The translations under genes and the position numbers were made by a program. A stretch of 64,000 nucleotides of DNA from Lama guanicoe (taxonomy: Eukaryota): NCBI GenBank assembly GCA_013239625.1, contig MU053934.1, positions 3,676,399 to 3,740,398 of the forward strand. Reading direction: 5' to 3'. Positions within the stretch are counted from its first letter, which is position 1, and every line of letters starts with the position of its first letter. A model generated the notes under the pieces. It saw only the letters and a list, made by a program, of their open reading frames with translations, made no database searches and was not told the origin of the DNA. Below, one piece after another: positions 13,013 through 27,560 of this stretch.

Positions 13013-13473
13013 TGGGGGAGCTGGCAAGAGGAAGGTACAGTGAGAGGAGGCCCATCCTCCATCCTAATGGCAAGATGGGAAGACAGCAAGCCTGATCCAC
13101 CTTTCTTTCAAATACCTGTTCCTTGAATTCTTGGCAAGGCCCTCTCTCTGCAGAGTGAGCAAAGGGGCTGCTTGGAAGGCACTCTGGTGAGTTCCAGCTG
13201 AGCCAGCAAGTGGCCCACCTGCAGTGTGGGCACAGCTGGGCTGCGGCCAGGGCTCCCACCCAAGGCCTCAGTCCTGAGCACACACTGACCCCACTGTGAT
13301 GCCAGTTGTCCTAACCCATTGCACTGGGAGAGAGGAGACCTTTGGATTATGTGTCCTTTGCATTCAACCGCTAGCTACTTCCAGAAAGTGTTTGAAGAAG
13401 CACAGGTACAGGGATAAGAGACCAAGAGACAGGCCAGGTCAGGCCCACCAAGCAGGTAACCGGAACCTTTAAT

Positions 13474-13479
13474 TTTATT
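13474..13479 (-). terminator. SOX10: SOX10 distal polyadenylation signal (AATAAA followed by ATTAAA)
   Basis: Minus strand reads cataATAAAattaaaggttcc, about 1.17 kb past the SOX10 stop. Confidence 0.8.
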
Positions 13480-13641
13480 ATGTGGAATGCTTAATGCAGA
13501 GTTAATAGGGGCTGGAGTACCTAGGAGAGGGGAGAGGGGAGAGGGAGCTACTGAGATAAATAAGAGGGAGGCAGTAATGAGTTACTTGTGGACCACGGGG
13601 GCTGCAGAATAGGAAAATAGGGGCAGAACAGAGCTACATAC

Positions 13642-13647
13642 TTTATT
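13642..13647 (-). terminator. SOX10: SOX10 candidate proximal polyadenylation signal
   Basis: Second AATAAA on the minus strand inside the 3' UTR. Confidence 0.5.
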
Positions 13648-14647
13648 CAAATACCACTGGGAGGCAAAGGGCAAAAGGCCAGGGCAGAATGTACACGTCA
13701 GGAGTTCAGTGTCTTCAGCCTGCTGCCAGCAACCTGGGTCTCCCTGGAGCCGAGGGCTTGGGCCTGGGCAGCTGTAACTCTCGAGGAAGCCCAAGGAGTT
13801 GGGGCTGACAGAGTAGGGGCCACAGAGCCTGGAGGGAAGAGGGAGTTGGCAAGGGCCCGGGAGGAAGGGTCTGAATTGTCTCCGAATCCTTTCCCGGAGC
13901 CCCTGCCTCCTTGCCTCCTGGGATGTGCCTCAAAGTCTGCGAGGTTGCAGTGAAGGAAGACCTGGGCCCTCTTTCTCCATTAGACAATGAGGTTATTGGC
14001 ACAGAATTGGATCTGGGGGGCCTCTGTGCCAATTCCTTCCTGTGTTTAGGAGGGGAGGGGGCACTCAAGGGATGAGGAGATGGCCCTCTGAGCCCCCACC
14101 CCACCCCTACTCCATCAAGGCTGTTCAAAGCTGTCCTTAGCCCCCAAGGGGCAGACATAGCCTGCTCCAGGCCCTGATGCAGGTCTCTGGTTGGCTTGGG
14201 CACACGACACAGGAGGCACGGATTATGTCAGACCCCTCATTCCCCACGAAAGAGGAAACACGGGCATCAGAGTGGCAAGGCCTCCGATTCCCATCCCACC
14301 CTCGAGGCTTCCCCTCCTTCCAGAGGAGGATGAGCGGGGCCTTCTCAGATCCTGGGGCCGAGGGTCATTCCTGGGGGGAAGGTGCAGCCCCTCATTTTTC
14401 AGTCTAGGGGCAACAATCAACCTCCTTCTCCTCTGCCCAGCCAAGTTGCCCAGGGCTGTGCCTGGGCTGGAGCCCGGACTGGATGGGGTGGGGTCATCAA
14501 AGGCAGTGAGCCAGACAGAAGGCCTTCCCCCAGCTGTCAGCCTCTGCAGCCTCCTCCACAGCCGCCACCGGGCCTGAGATGGGTGAGGAAAAGGGTGCAA
14601 GGGCTGGGGGAAGGGGCAGGGTGGGGGTGGTGGTGACAGGAACCCCT

Positions 14648-15385
<738 letters not shown>

Positions 15386-17303
15386 TCAGAGGCTTCCGGA
15401 TTCTGATGGTTCACTTTCAGACAGGATGCCTCCAGGAGGCTGAGGGCCCATCACTGCATGACCTTGTGAACTTTACATGTTTCAGCAGCCCGAGTTGGCA
15501 TTTAATTATATAATGATCTTGGGTTGATCTCCAGTTATTTATGAAATTCTCCAACCTTAGGAATGGGTCCTGTCTCCTACCCAGAATAGGACTCTCCTCT
15601 GTCACCCACCTCCTGGAGAGACCTGCTTCGTTTTGAAAAACCTTTCCTATTGGAAAGGTCTTCCTCACACCAGCTGAAGTCGGCTTCCCTCCCTGCTCCC
15701 GTTGTTCCTTAGCTATTAAGCCTGATGGGGTCTGGCCGTAGGTCTGGATTCGCCTGCTCTCTCTTAAGCGCACTGGGCCTCTACTGGCTGCTCCTTCTGC
15801 CGACCTCTCCCACCCTCATCATTTTGCTGGCTTGCTTGTCCCTCCTCCACTCCAACCCCTGAACAGCGATGTGTGGCATCCAACCCCATCCCTCCTCCCA
15901 AGATCACCTCAGGTGCTCCTTATTCAAGGAAACCTTCCCTCTGACCCAGCCCCCAACGACACTCCCAGCTCCTGTCACACATTGCGCTGCCTCGTTGTTC
16001 CTCCAGTTGCCTTCTCCCTGCCTGTTCAGGGGAGCCCTGAGATAAGTGACCTGCTCCACCCTGTTCTTTGTCTGTTTTCTCATTCACACATTCATTCAGC
16101 AGACACTTAGGGGCACCGCTAAGTGCCAGGCACAGGGTATACAAACATAAACAAAATGGGTCCCTGTCTGCACAGGCTCCTAGCCTTGGGGGAGAGCCAG
16201 GGACCCACACGTGGCTAGAGCGCTGTGTCAGAAGTGCCGTGGGGACGGGACGTGCACAGGGCTCAGGAGACTGGCGGGGGAAGCCACTCATCCTGACCTG
16301 GGGGAGTTCTCCCTGAGGAGGGGTAGCTGAGCTTTTGAAGGTGAAGAAAAAGCCCAGGCCCACACTTATGCTGTGAGGTGGTTCTGTACATGGTCCAGAG
16401 TCTTCTGGGGTGTGTGTGTCCCTGAAGGAGTGTGAGGGAGGGATGGCTGGACTGGGGATCCCATCTGAGAGAGAACATGTTCATGGTCTATGAAACTGGG
16501 CACTCCCTGCGGGCAGGCCTGTGTCTCCTCCATCAGACCTGGGGCAGTGCTGTGTCCTGGGCTGGCCAGAGTGTCTGGACTTTGAGGTTGAATCCTGGCT
16601 CTGTCACTGTGTGACCCTGGGCAGACCCTCTATCTCCTCTTATCACTTAACTTATCAGTAAAGCAGAGACCAAGCAGCTCAGATATGGCCTTCTCCTGGA
16701 AGCCCTCCTTGACCAGCATCTGGGGCATAGCTGGATATTTCTGGAGATCTGACTGGGTGGGCAGATGGATGACTCCTCCCTAGAGGTCGTGCCTGCTCTG
16801 GGTCTGGGGTTCATGGGTGCTTGTTTCTTCCTGTACTTAATTTGCTTGTTTTCATCCCTGCTCATCCCTCTAACCTGTGGGCTCCAGAGGCCAGGGACCA
16901 TGGCTCCTCATTTGTACACCTGGTGTCTGCTTCTGGGTCTAGCACAAAGGAGGACTTGGAGCGTGTCTCGGAGCGAAGGCAGAGCTCTGCTCCCAGAGAC
17001 TTCCCATGGGCCTGACCCACGTGCAGTGTTGTGGACACCGTGAACACCAGCGAGGCAGCGGTGGTGCCAGCAAAGCCCTGGGAGCCAAACTGCCTGGGCT
17101 GAGACCTCAGCTGTATGGCAAGTGACTCTCGGTTTTCTGTAGAGTTTACTCTCTAAAATGAGAGTAATTTGCCACACAGCTCAGGTCTGAGCCCAGGCAG
17201 TGTGGCTGCCTCTTCAAACTTTAGAATGATTGAATGAGTTAATACACATCAGGCAATTAGCACAGTTCCTGGCACACTGTAGGTGCTCAATTAATGTTAG
17301 CTA

Positions 17304-17434
17304 TTTTTTTTCTTTTATGAGGGCAAGGTAATTAGGTTTATTCATTTATTTATGTTTGGAGGAGTTACTGGGGATCGAACCCAGGACCTCGGGCGTGCTA
17401 AGCATGTGCTCTAGCACTTGAACTGTACCCTCCC
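17304..17434 (-). mobile_element. tRNA-derived SINE (Vic-1-like)
   Basis: ggggatcgaacccaggacctcgggcgtgctaagc; same family as the copies at 1709 and 2974. Confidence 0.8.
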
Positions 17435-17656
17435 TGCAGTGCTAGCTGTTATTATGACTAATCAGAATGAAACAGGATACCCTGTGTCTGGCTCTTCCAT
17501 GGCAGGTACTCATTATCACATGCCGTGTCTCCCCTGTCAGGCTGGGAGGTGGGAAAAAGGCAGAGATCTCTCCTCCATCTGATCTCCTGTTTCTCAAAAT
17601 CTTGTCGCTTGGTGTTCCTTGGTGTAACTCCTCCACCAGCCTCCATGGCCTCCTTA

Positions 17657-18349
<693 letters not shown>

Positions 18350-19855
18350 TCAGGGGCTGGAGTGTGAGAGAGGAATGAGCCTGCAGCTCCTGAGGATGGA
18401 GTTAGAGCTTATGAGAAGCCTAGAACTTCCTTCAATTCAAGAAAGGGAAAACCTTTCTTGTCATCAAAGCTGTCTGCAGGTGGAGCTGGCTGCCTCGTTA
18501 GGGGGTGAGCTCCCTGGGACTGAAGGTGTGCAAACAGAAGCAGCATGGTGAGGGGGAGGAGCACAGTGTCTGCTACTTACTAGCCATGTGACCGTGGGCC
18601 AGTCACTTCTCTGAGCCTTAGTTTCTTCACCTATAAAATGAGGATGATAATACCTACTTCACTGGGTGTGGGACTGGCCAAGATAACGGATGGGAAACGT
18701 GGTGCACCAGGTCTGGGGATGGGCCAGCACCTTGAGCAATAGGTGCACTTCTAATGCTGCTTGGGGGGTGGACGGACAGGAGGACCTGGGGTGGAACCTC
18801 TCAACTCTGGAATATGGATTTGTGAATTCCAGTGTGGTGGGGCCAAGGGAGGCAGGATATGAGTACCCCTCACTATGTAGGGGCCACTGCTTCCTGGGGG
18901 AGATTGCATCTCCTGGTTCACAGGGTGACAGAGGGTAAAGGAAGCTAGACTGTTTTCTGAGAACCTGGATGGGGGCAGACAGACTCTCTCCCTGGTCCGA
19001 GCCTAGCCAATGGATGGCAGCCTCTAAAGGCAGAACTCCTGTCCGCTGGACTCTAGCCTCAGGCCAGGGCTGCCAGGGGGGAAGTTCAGGGCTTGGCTGC
19101 CCCAGGGCGAGGAGGGCAGGATGGGGGTACCTGGCAGAGGAGACTCAGAGGAATAAAAGAGACCCATAAAATCCTAGACATAAGGGACTCTGCTGGAGCA
19201 GCTGTCCTTCTGCCCAAAGGGCCTCTCTCTCCAGCTGCCTGCCCCCACAGTGGGCGCCCTCTTCACCCAGTCAGCAGAAGGCTGAGCCCTCCCTGCCCAG
19301 GATGGGAGGGGGGTGGTCATACCAGGCACCTCCTAGCGGGCAGCAGCATTCCTCTGCAGCTTAGCCTCCCCCAGCTGCTCCCTCCCCCTAGGCCGCCCAG
19401 CCCAGCCCTAACCCAGCTTCCTCCAAGGGTCCTTCTAGCTGAATGATGGGATGGAGACCCCAGACCAAGGCCTCAGGGTGAGGGAGTGGGATGCAGGCTT
19501 TCTCACCCCAGCTGTGCCCCACCAGACAGCCCAGGGAGTAGGTGGGGCAGGCCCACAGGTGGGTATGGTGAGGGGAGGGGGCGCTGCACGTGAAGGCACC
19601 TCAGCCAGCCGTGGCCCCGCCACAGAGGCTCCCAGGATGGCTGGGGATGCTGTGCTTCCACTCCCACCCCAAACCTTCCCTGTGCCCTCTGCCCAGCTGG
19701 CAACTGGATGTGAATCAGCAAGAAAATGTCAGGGGGTGTGGAGCAGAGGCACAGGCCAAAAGAGGGAGGATTCCTACATTGATCCCATTGGTGCCTCTCA
19801 TGCTAGTTCCCAGCCGTACCCTAACCTCAGTAGAAACCTAACCCGGGCAGGGCAC

Positions 19856-19857
<2 letters not shown>

Positions 19858-19886
<29 letters not shown>
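19858..19886. repeat. (GT)n microsatellite in a SOX10 intron
   Basis: About 14 perfect units. Confidence 0.98.
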
Positions 19887-22328
19887 CCCAGGGCTGACCG
19901 CCAGCCCCAACCCCAGTCCTAGCCCGACCCTAACCTCACCCCTCAAACTCAATCCCAGCCTCACCCAGACCTCCAGCGTCGGCTCTGTTCAACCTGTCTC
20001 CTAACACCAAACCCACCACATAATCCCAATCCCAAATTTAATATTGACTCCAGCGCCAGCCCTCACTCAGTCACCACAGCTCTAACTGCAAACCTCATCC
20101 TCATCTGCACTTCACCTCGCCTCTGGCCTCTGGGTCGCCAAGGTTTGGAATAGGGGTGGGGAAAGAGTAGGCTGATTCCCCACTCAAACTGGAATCCCCA
20201 ACAGGGGGGCTTCTAAGGAAGAGCACTGGCTGCTGCTCCATCTGCTCCTGTCAGGGAAGAGGCCTGTGGGCCTGGGGGTCGGGAGGGGCTCCAGCCTGTG
20301 ACCACACTTCCAGTCTCTTGGCTCTGGTTATTCTCTCCAGACAGGTCAACCAGTTTGCCACCAGCACCATAAGATCAGCATCTAAGTCCTTTCCCAGGCA
20401 GGCATGACTGTCAGAGCTCACCCAGCCACTTAGGAGCCAGGGCCTGAATGTCGGTGTGTCTGACCCCAACCCACTTCCATCACCTCTTTCCAGGTGTAGG
20501 GCCCTGATTTCCAGTTTGCTCTCCTAACCATCCCCCTTCCTGACAGCCTGGGAGTCATGAGCCTGGGGGGATTTCAGGAGCCCCTAGACAGACTGGCCGG
20601 CCCAGCGTATAGCCAGATGCCTCCCAGGGCCCTCACCCAGGATCCAGGTAGCCCACCCTGCTGTTGGCATAGCCTTTGATCCTTGCCATTGTCCTGCCAC
20701 CCTCCTACCCCTGAGGTAGGGTCCTGAGCAAGCAGTGCCTGCTTTCCTGATTGCCGCACCCCAGGTTGGCCCCTGCGGGGCACTCTGGGCCCCTGTGCAG
20801 ATAGCTTGAGTGGTGGCCAGAAACAAGTCCTCCTGCAGGGGCCTAGGCCTAAGGTTCTGGGCTGGGGGAACAGGGACAGACAGGGACAATGGAGGGTCCA
20901 ATCTTAAATCCTTGGCAGTGGGGTACAGGAGGAGTGGAGGGGTCCATCCTTGCTTTGACGCTCTCATTGGGTTCACACTGTAGTGTGCTCATGGTCCCCA
21001 GGGCTTTTCACCCTGTCTGTCTCCCTTCTGGTTGTCTGTCTCACTTGCTCTTCTCTGTCCCATGGAACCAAGGGTACTGGCCTGAGCTGAGCCCTAGCAG
21101 GGTGTGGATGGACTCTGGGCAGAAGAGCTAACTTTAGCCTCTGCTCTTGGGTGGGGCAAGACCCTCTGAGTCCATGCAGCAGGTTGGCTACTGAACCTGG
21201 GGTCTGCCAGGGTGAGCAGAGCGCCCAAGAGGGATCGGGGAAGAAGAAGGGGCACCAGGCCTTTAACAAACACATGGCCAAGGACAGGGATGGGAATCCC
21301 TCTTGGTCTCTTGCGGGCCTTACTGCTCCTTCCACCACCCTAAGCCTTCGGCCTCCTAGACCCAACCTCCACTGTGCTGGGGCTGGCAAGGAGAGGGTGG
21401 CAGGCTCCTCTGACAACACTGAGACTGTCTGAAACTCAAAGGCTCCTCACTCCTGTTCTCCTCTGCCCCCACCCTCACAACCTCCTGACCATGTCTTAGA
21501 GTGAAGGGGTGACCCACTTGTCACCAAGAACGGTGTGGCGAAGACTACCGGCTGAAGAGTCGGGAGACCTGGGTTTTGGCCCTGGCTCTGCCACCAGCTG
21601 TTATATGGCCTTTGCTGTCCCTTTGCCTTTCTGGGCCTATCTCTTGGGTAGTCTAGTGGGGAATCAGGTGACCTCAGCAGGCTTGCATCTCCTGGGGCCC
21701 TTGTTCTCTTTCTGAGCCGCCCAGGACTTTTGGGGGCGGTGGAGGGCAGAGTTGCCCTGGTCAAGGGCCAGGCTGAACCCTAGACCTGAGATGAGGCTGA
21801 CTTCCTCCTTGGAGGTGGGTGTTTTGGGGCTGGTTCCAGGGAACCTGGGACTCTGAGGGACCGTGGGTAGGAAAGGGGCTAACGTTTCCTCCTGGCCAGG
21901 ACTCTCAGCTCCAGAGCTGGAGGGGTAGGAGGTTACTCAATGCTGGGTGGGGCCCTGGAAAGGAAGATGGCGCCCTGACTGGGAGAGGGAGGAAGCGAGG
22001 GGAAGGGACCAGCCTGGCAGCTCAGGGACCCGGTGGGAGGGGGAGACTTCTTTCTATGTGTTCTCTTCTCTGGAGGATGAAGAACCTCTGGGCCTGAAGG
22101 AGCGGCGGCCAGAAAGGCATGGTGAAGGCAGCCGGGATAGGGCAGTGGCTGATCTGCCCTCCGCAGTTCTCCGTCCCTCAGTTTCAAAGACGCGGGTCTG
22201 AATTTCTTGTTTGCCGCGTACGCCTACCCCCACCAGTTCTCCACCTGGCTGCCTCACTTTCCCTGTCTCTCCAGCCAGGGCCTCAGTTTTTTCCCAAACG
22301 TTACCCCCCCCCCCCCCCCCCCCCACTC

Positions 22329-22581
22329 NNNNNNNNNNNNNNNNNNNNNNNNNNNNNNNNNNNNNNNNNNNNNNNNNNNNNNNNNNNNNNNNNNNNNNNN
22401 NNNNNNNNNNNNNNNNNNNNNNNNNNNNNNNNNNNNNNNNNNNNNNNNNNNNNNNNNNNNNNNNNNNNNNNNNNNNNNNNNNNNNNNNNNNNNNNNNNNN
22501 NNNNNNNNNNNNNNNNNNNNNNNNNNNNNNNNNNNNNNNNNNNNNNNNNNNNNNNNNNNNNNNNNNNNNNNNNNNNNNNNN
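22329..22581. other. Assembly gap (253 N) in a SOX10 intron
   Basis: Run of N, preceded by a C21 homopolymer at 22304-22324. Confidence 1.
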
Positions 22582-22769
22582 ACCCACCCACCCCACTCAT
22601 CTCGCATCCCGCTGACAGCTGAAACCGGTGGCAATGGCACCCTTGAGTGGCGTGCCTGTAGGAAGGGGGTTAATGACGGCCTGGGGTGTGGAGCCCTCCA
22701 CCAGCCTTCCCTCCCTCCAGCCTTCACTGTCTCCCAAGAAGCCCAGGCCCGAGTGCCTGCCACGGACAG

Positions 22770-23700
<931 letters not shown>

Positions 23701-24042
23701 CTAGCTCCCGCCTCCCTGTCTTCCCACCACCTGGTCCCAACCGTCTCTCGGTGTGGGTGGGTTTGGGTGTTTTTTTTTTTAAACCTCCTCTTGGGTGGAG
23801 GTTTGTTGATGGAAAGGAAGAAAAACGGACTCTTTATTCTGCTCTAATCCTAGCTCCTGGAATTTCCCACCTTTTCTCTCACCTTTCCTTCTTCCCTTCC
23901 GTCTACCCACGACAGAGTCTAGAGGAGCCTGGTGGGGAACAGATGCGGGTGTCAGCCTCTCTCCACCCCACGCCCCACCGCAGGGTCCCAGACCTGGGCC
24001 CCGGAAGGGAGGAGCGGAGGAGCGGGCTGCGCACTCACTCAC

Positions 24043-24158
24043 CTCCTCGGACCTCTCCTCCAGTCTGGGGCTCGTCCTTAGGAAGTGGAAAACCGAGTCC
24101 CAAGGTGTGCGGTCCAGCTCGGGGCTGGGGGGGTGACGCTGGTGGGCTGGGAGGGAGG
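24043..24158 (-). other. SOX10: SOX10 non-coding exon 1 (3' part)
   Basis: Donor GAGGAG|gtgagt at 24042. The sequence ccccgagctggaccgcacaccttgggac...ggaggagaggtccgaggag matches my recollection of the human/mouse SOX10 5' UTR. Similarity stops at about 24158. Confidence 0.8.
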
Positions 24159-25599
24159 TAAATGAACTTAATCTTCCAGAGAGTCGGTGAACCCACATTA
24201 TCTCTGGTTTCCTCATAAACTTTAACAACTTCCATCCAGCTAATTACCAGGACAAAACACGGAACCAGAAACCATCTTGGCTTCCAAAACTGCTGCCGAG
24301 GGCTGGGGAAGGAAGGAGGGGGAGAGGGGGAGGGGGAGAAGGGAGGGAGGGAAGGGCAGAAGGTGGAGCCTCCAGTGCTTTCCTTCATCCCCAACACTCA
24401 GGGCTCCTCCGTCAGGCACCCCCACCCCAGCTCCCCCGCTGCTGCCCCAGGCCCATCCTGGGAGGTGTAGGAGTGGGGGTGGTCAGGCCAGGAAAGCCAA
24501 TGGATGCAGGTGGGCAGGGTCAGAACCTGTTGCTTGGAGGAATATTGGGCCCAACTAGGACCCCCCAACCCTCTGCCTTAGGTGGCAAAGGATTGGGGAG
24601 GGATGAGGAGAAGGCAAGTGAAGATTCTATTGCATGTGAGGGCGCTGGCCTGTGTTGCTTCACTTAAGACCTCTTATTGAGTGCTTGATTGAGTGCCAGT
24701 GGCCAGGCACTGCTTCCCAACCTGTGTCAACCTACCTCCTACCCCCCACCCAGGCTGCCCTTTCTGTTTCAACTTAAGAGAAGATCGCAGGTCCATACCT
24801 GGTTAGGCAGGACACAACTGGACACCCCCTGCCCAGGGCAGAAGCCCCAGCTTCACCCCTGGCCCCCTCTCACCAGACACTCAGCACACATAAGGGCTGG
24901 GCTGGGTTGGCTCAAGGTAGAAAGACAGGACTAAAGTGCACAGGAGGCTGGGTGTGAGCTAGGCTGGGGTCCTCTTCAAGTATATCTGAAAGGCTTCTGG
25001 GGCCCCACTTCCTGGGACCCAACTCCTACCATCCTGGGTTCATGCTTTTGGTATGGGAGGCCCAGTTCTGCTTGTCATGAAGTCCCGCACTCCCCCACCC
25101 CAAGAAAGGGTGGGGGGTTGTCCTGCCTCCCTCTTCCTCCTGTCTACCCACTTCCCCCCTCAGCCGCATCCCCAGCCCGGTGACCCCTCTACTTTTCTGT
25201 CCTGCCCATCATCCAAGGCTTTCCCAGGTCTCTCCTCCAAAGATCACAGCCCCTCTCTCTTCTCGAATGGTGGGTGTTGAGGCAGAGGTGAGGGTGTGCA
25301 TGGTGGATGGATGGATGGAGCCTGGGCCACGCTGGTAGCCACATTTGGTTCTGAGCTCCTCAGCAACTGGGCAAGGCCCCAGGCCCACCCCAAGGGAGTC
25401 CTGTCTGGAGTGAGGCTGGAAAGGGGGTCTAGGCAAGGCCTCAAGCTTGGGAAAGGCCAAGCGGGTGGAGGGGGTGGGTAATGGGACACAATGAGGTAGT
25501 CACACGAGGCGAAGGCATGTTGGGGGTGGGGGGAGCGGACATTGGAACACACACACACACATGCTCGCACACACAACCAGCCAGACAATCGGGCCAGTG

Positions 25600-25880
25600 T
25601 GTCTGGGGCCTCGGAGCCCAGTGAATTAGGAGTTTGATAAGGGTTTTCTCTTTCTCTCGCTCGCCGGCCTTGGACAATCTCCCCCCAGTTTTCCTCAACG
25701 CCACCCCCGGCGCTGCCAACCCTCCTCCCCCCGCCTCCCTTCTCTTCCCTGTGCCCAGACTCTTGTTCGGGGCCTTGAAACAGTGAGCTGTCTTTGTTCG
25801 AAATACAGGTGAACGGCAATCATGTGATTAACACACACACACATAAAAAGCTTTTTAACAGCGCCCGGCCGGCCTCAGAA
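25600..25880. promoter_or_regulatory. Candidate SOX10 proximal upstream enhancer
   Basis: CTTTGTT 25792-25798, M-box TCATGTGA 25820-25827, retained CpGs, about 1.5 kb upstream of exon 1. Confidence 0.55.
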
Positions 25881-27419
25881 CCGCCCAGAGAGGAGCCGCC
25901 CTGGATGGACAGAGGGACGGAGGGACAAGCATCCAGCTGGTCGTGTCCAGCTGCCCGCAGCAGTCTCCGACACCCGCTGCTGCCTGCCCGCTGCCCGCCT
26001 GCCTGGCATCTCTTGATCCCGGTGGGTCCCCGCTCATCCTTCCACCCCTTGGTTCCTCCTCTTGAGGAGGTGTGGTGTCTGTGTTGTCTGTGATTCGGCC
26101 TGAGACCCCCTGGAGCACAGAGGGGTGGCTGTGGAGGGTAGGAAGCCAGGTGTGGGGTCCCACAGCTCCCCTCTTGACTCCCCGCCTCCACCCTTACCCT
26201 CTGGGCCCAGCTGTGCCAGGATGAGGGTGGGGGTGGCAGTGGGCGCTCTAGGTCTGCAGAGAAGCCACACTGGACAGAGGGGACCTCTCTTTCCCCCTCC
26301 CTCTGTCTCTTTCTCTCTCTCTCCTCCTGTTTCCACAGTGCTGTGCTGGGCTTTCTGCTGAGAGGTGCTGGGTGAGGCAGGTGGGCCTGCAGGGGTGCGG
26401 GGAAAGTGCTGTCAGATGCCCAGGGCTGTGGGTGGAGGGTACCCCCTGCTGTAAACACACTACCCACCATGCTGGCAACTCTGATCCCCTCCATCCACTG
26501 CAGGCCCTGGGGCCCAGCTCTCTAGCAGGGGAGGGTGAAGTTCCCATATTCATCCTTGGAGAGCAGGGAGTTGGAGAGGGGGAGGGCTCCTGGATGAAGA
26601 CACCAGGGCCTCAGCTCTTGGCAGAGCAACCAGGTGGCCAGTGCCACCTTCTGCTCCCTTCTCTGCTCGGGGTTGGAGGGGTCCTTTTCCCTCTCATTCC
26701 CGACCCTTCCCCAAGGATGCTGGTGTCCCCCTTACCGCAACCCCCATCCTGGGTGAGGCGTGGTGACTGGTGGACTCAGTAGCCTGTTCTCTCTCCCCAA
26801 CAGGGAGGGCCCAAAGTATGAATGTAATGGTGAGATTCAGGCTTCCTTCCCGAGGCAGAGGCCTTTCAGGAGTAGCAGGATTTTTTCTGGGATCCAACCT
26901 GGGTTCCGTGAGGCTGGTCCCAGATTTATACCTCGGATGGGCCCCCGACAGGAGGAGAGTGAATGAAATTCTGTCAGTCAGACGTAAACGCCCTGATGAC
27001 CCTGCCTGGAGGAGCTGCACTGGTCCTGCTTTGTGGAAGGCCCCACCCTTGGTTCCCAATCCTGAACCCCAGTCCCTTGTCTGTCCCCTGGGGCGATGGT
27101 CACCTCCTGTCTGCCTGCCTCCCAGGACCCTCTGAGATGAGAAGGGGAAATCTGCTATTTGGCCAAGCCAGGGCTGCGCAGGCTGAGGGGTGGGGCTGGT
27201 CAGGTCGAGCTTCCACTCCGGCCTTGGTTTCCCTAGTTGGGCACTCCCTCTGAGGACAGGGCGGTGGGCCCAAGGAAGGGATGCTGGGAAGGCACTCTGC
27301 CACCTCTAGGCACCACGTGAGTGAGACCTGCATGGTCCAGGCTGTCCTCTCTCTCGCCCCTCAGGCCTGGGCCCCGCTCCCAGTTTCTGAGCAGCTCCCT
27401 GGCGATTGCCTTGAGCCTG

Positions 27420-27560
27420 CTTCTAATCCTTGCTGCACTTGAGGGTCACTGAGGTGTCTTAAAGACACACAAAGCCTGGATCCCCTGCAGATTGTCTGAT
27501 TCCGAATTTCTGGGGATGAGGTCCAGACATGTTTACTTTTTGAAGCTCCCTAGGAGGCCC
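27420..27560. mobile_element. MER5-type hAT MITE
   Basis: gctgcactt...tctgattcc...ctggggatgaggtccag...aagctccctagg. Confidence 0.55.
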
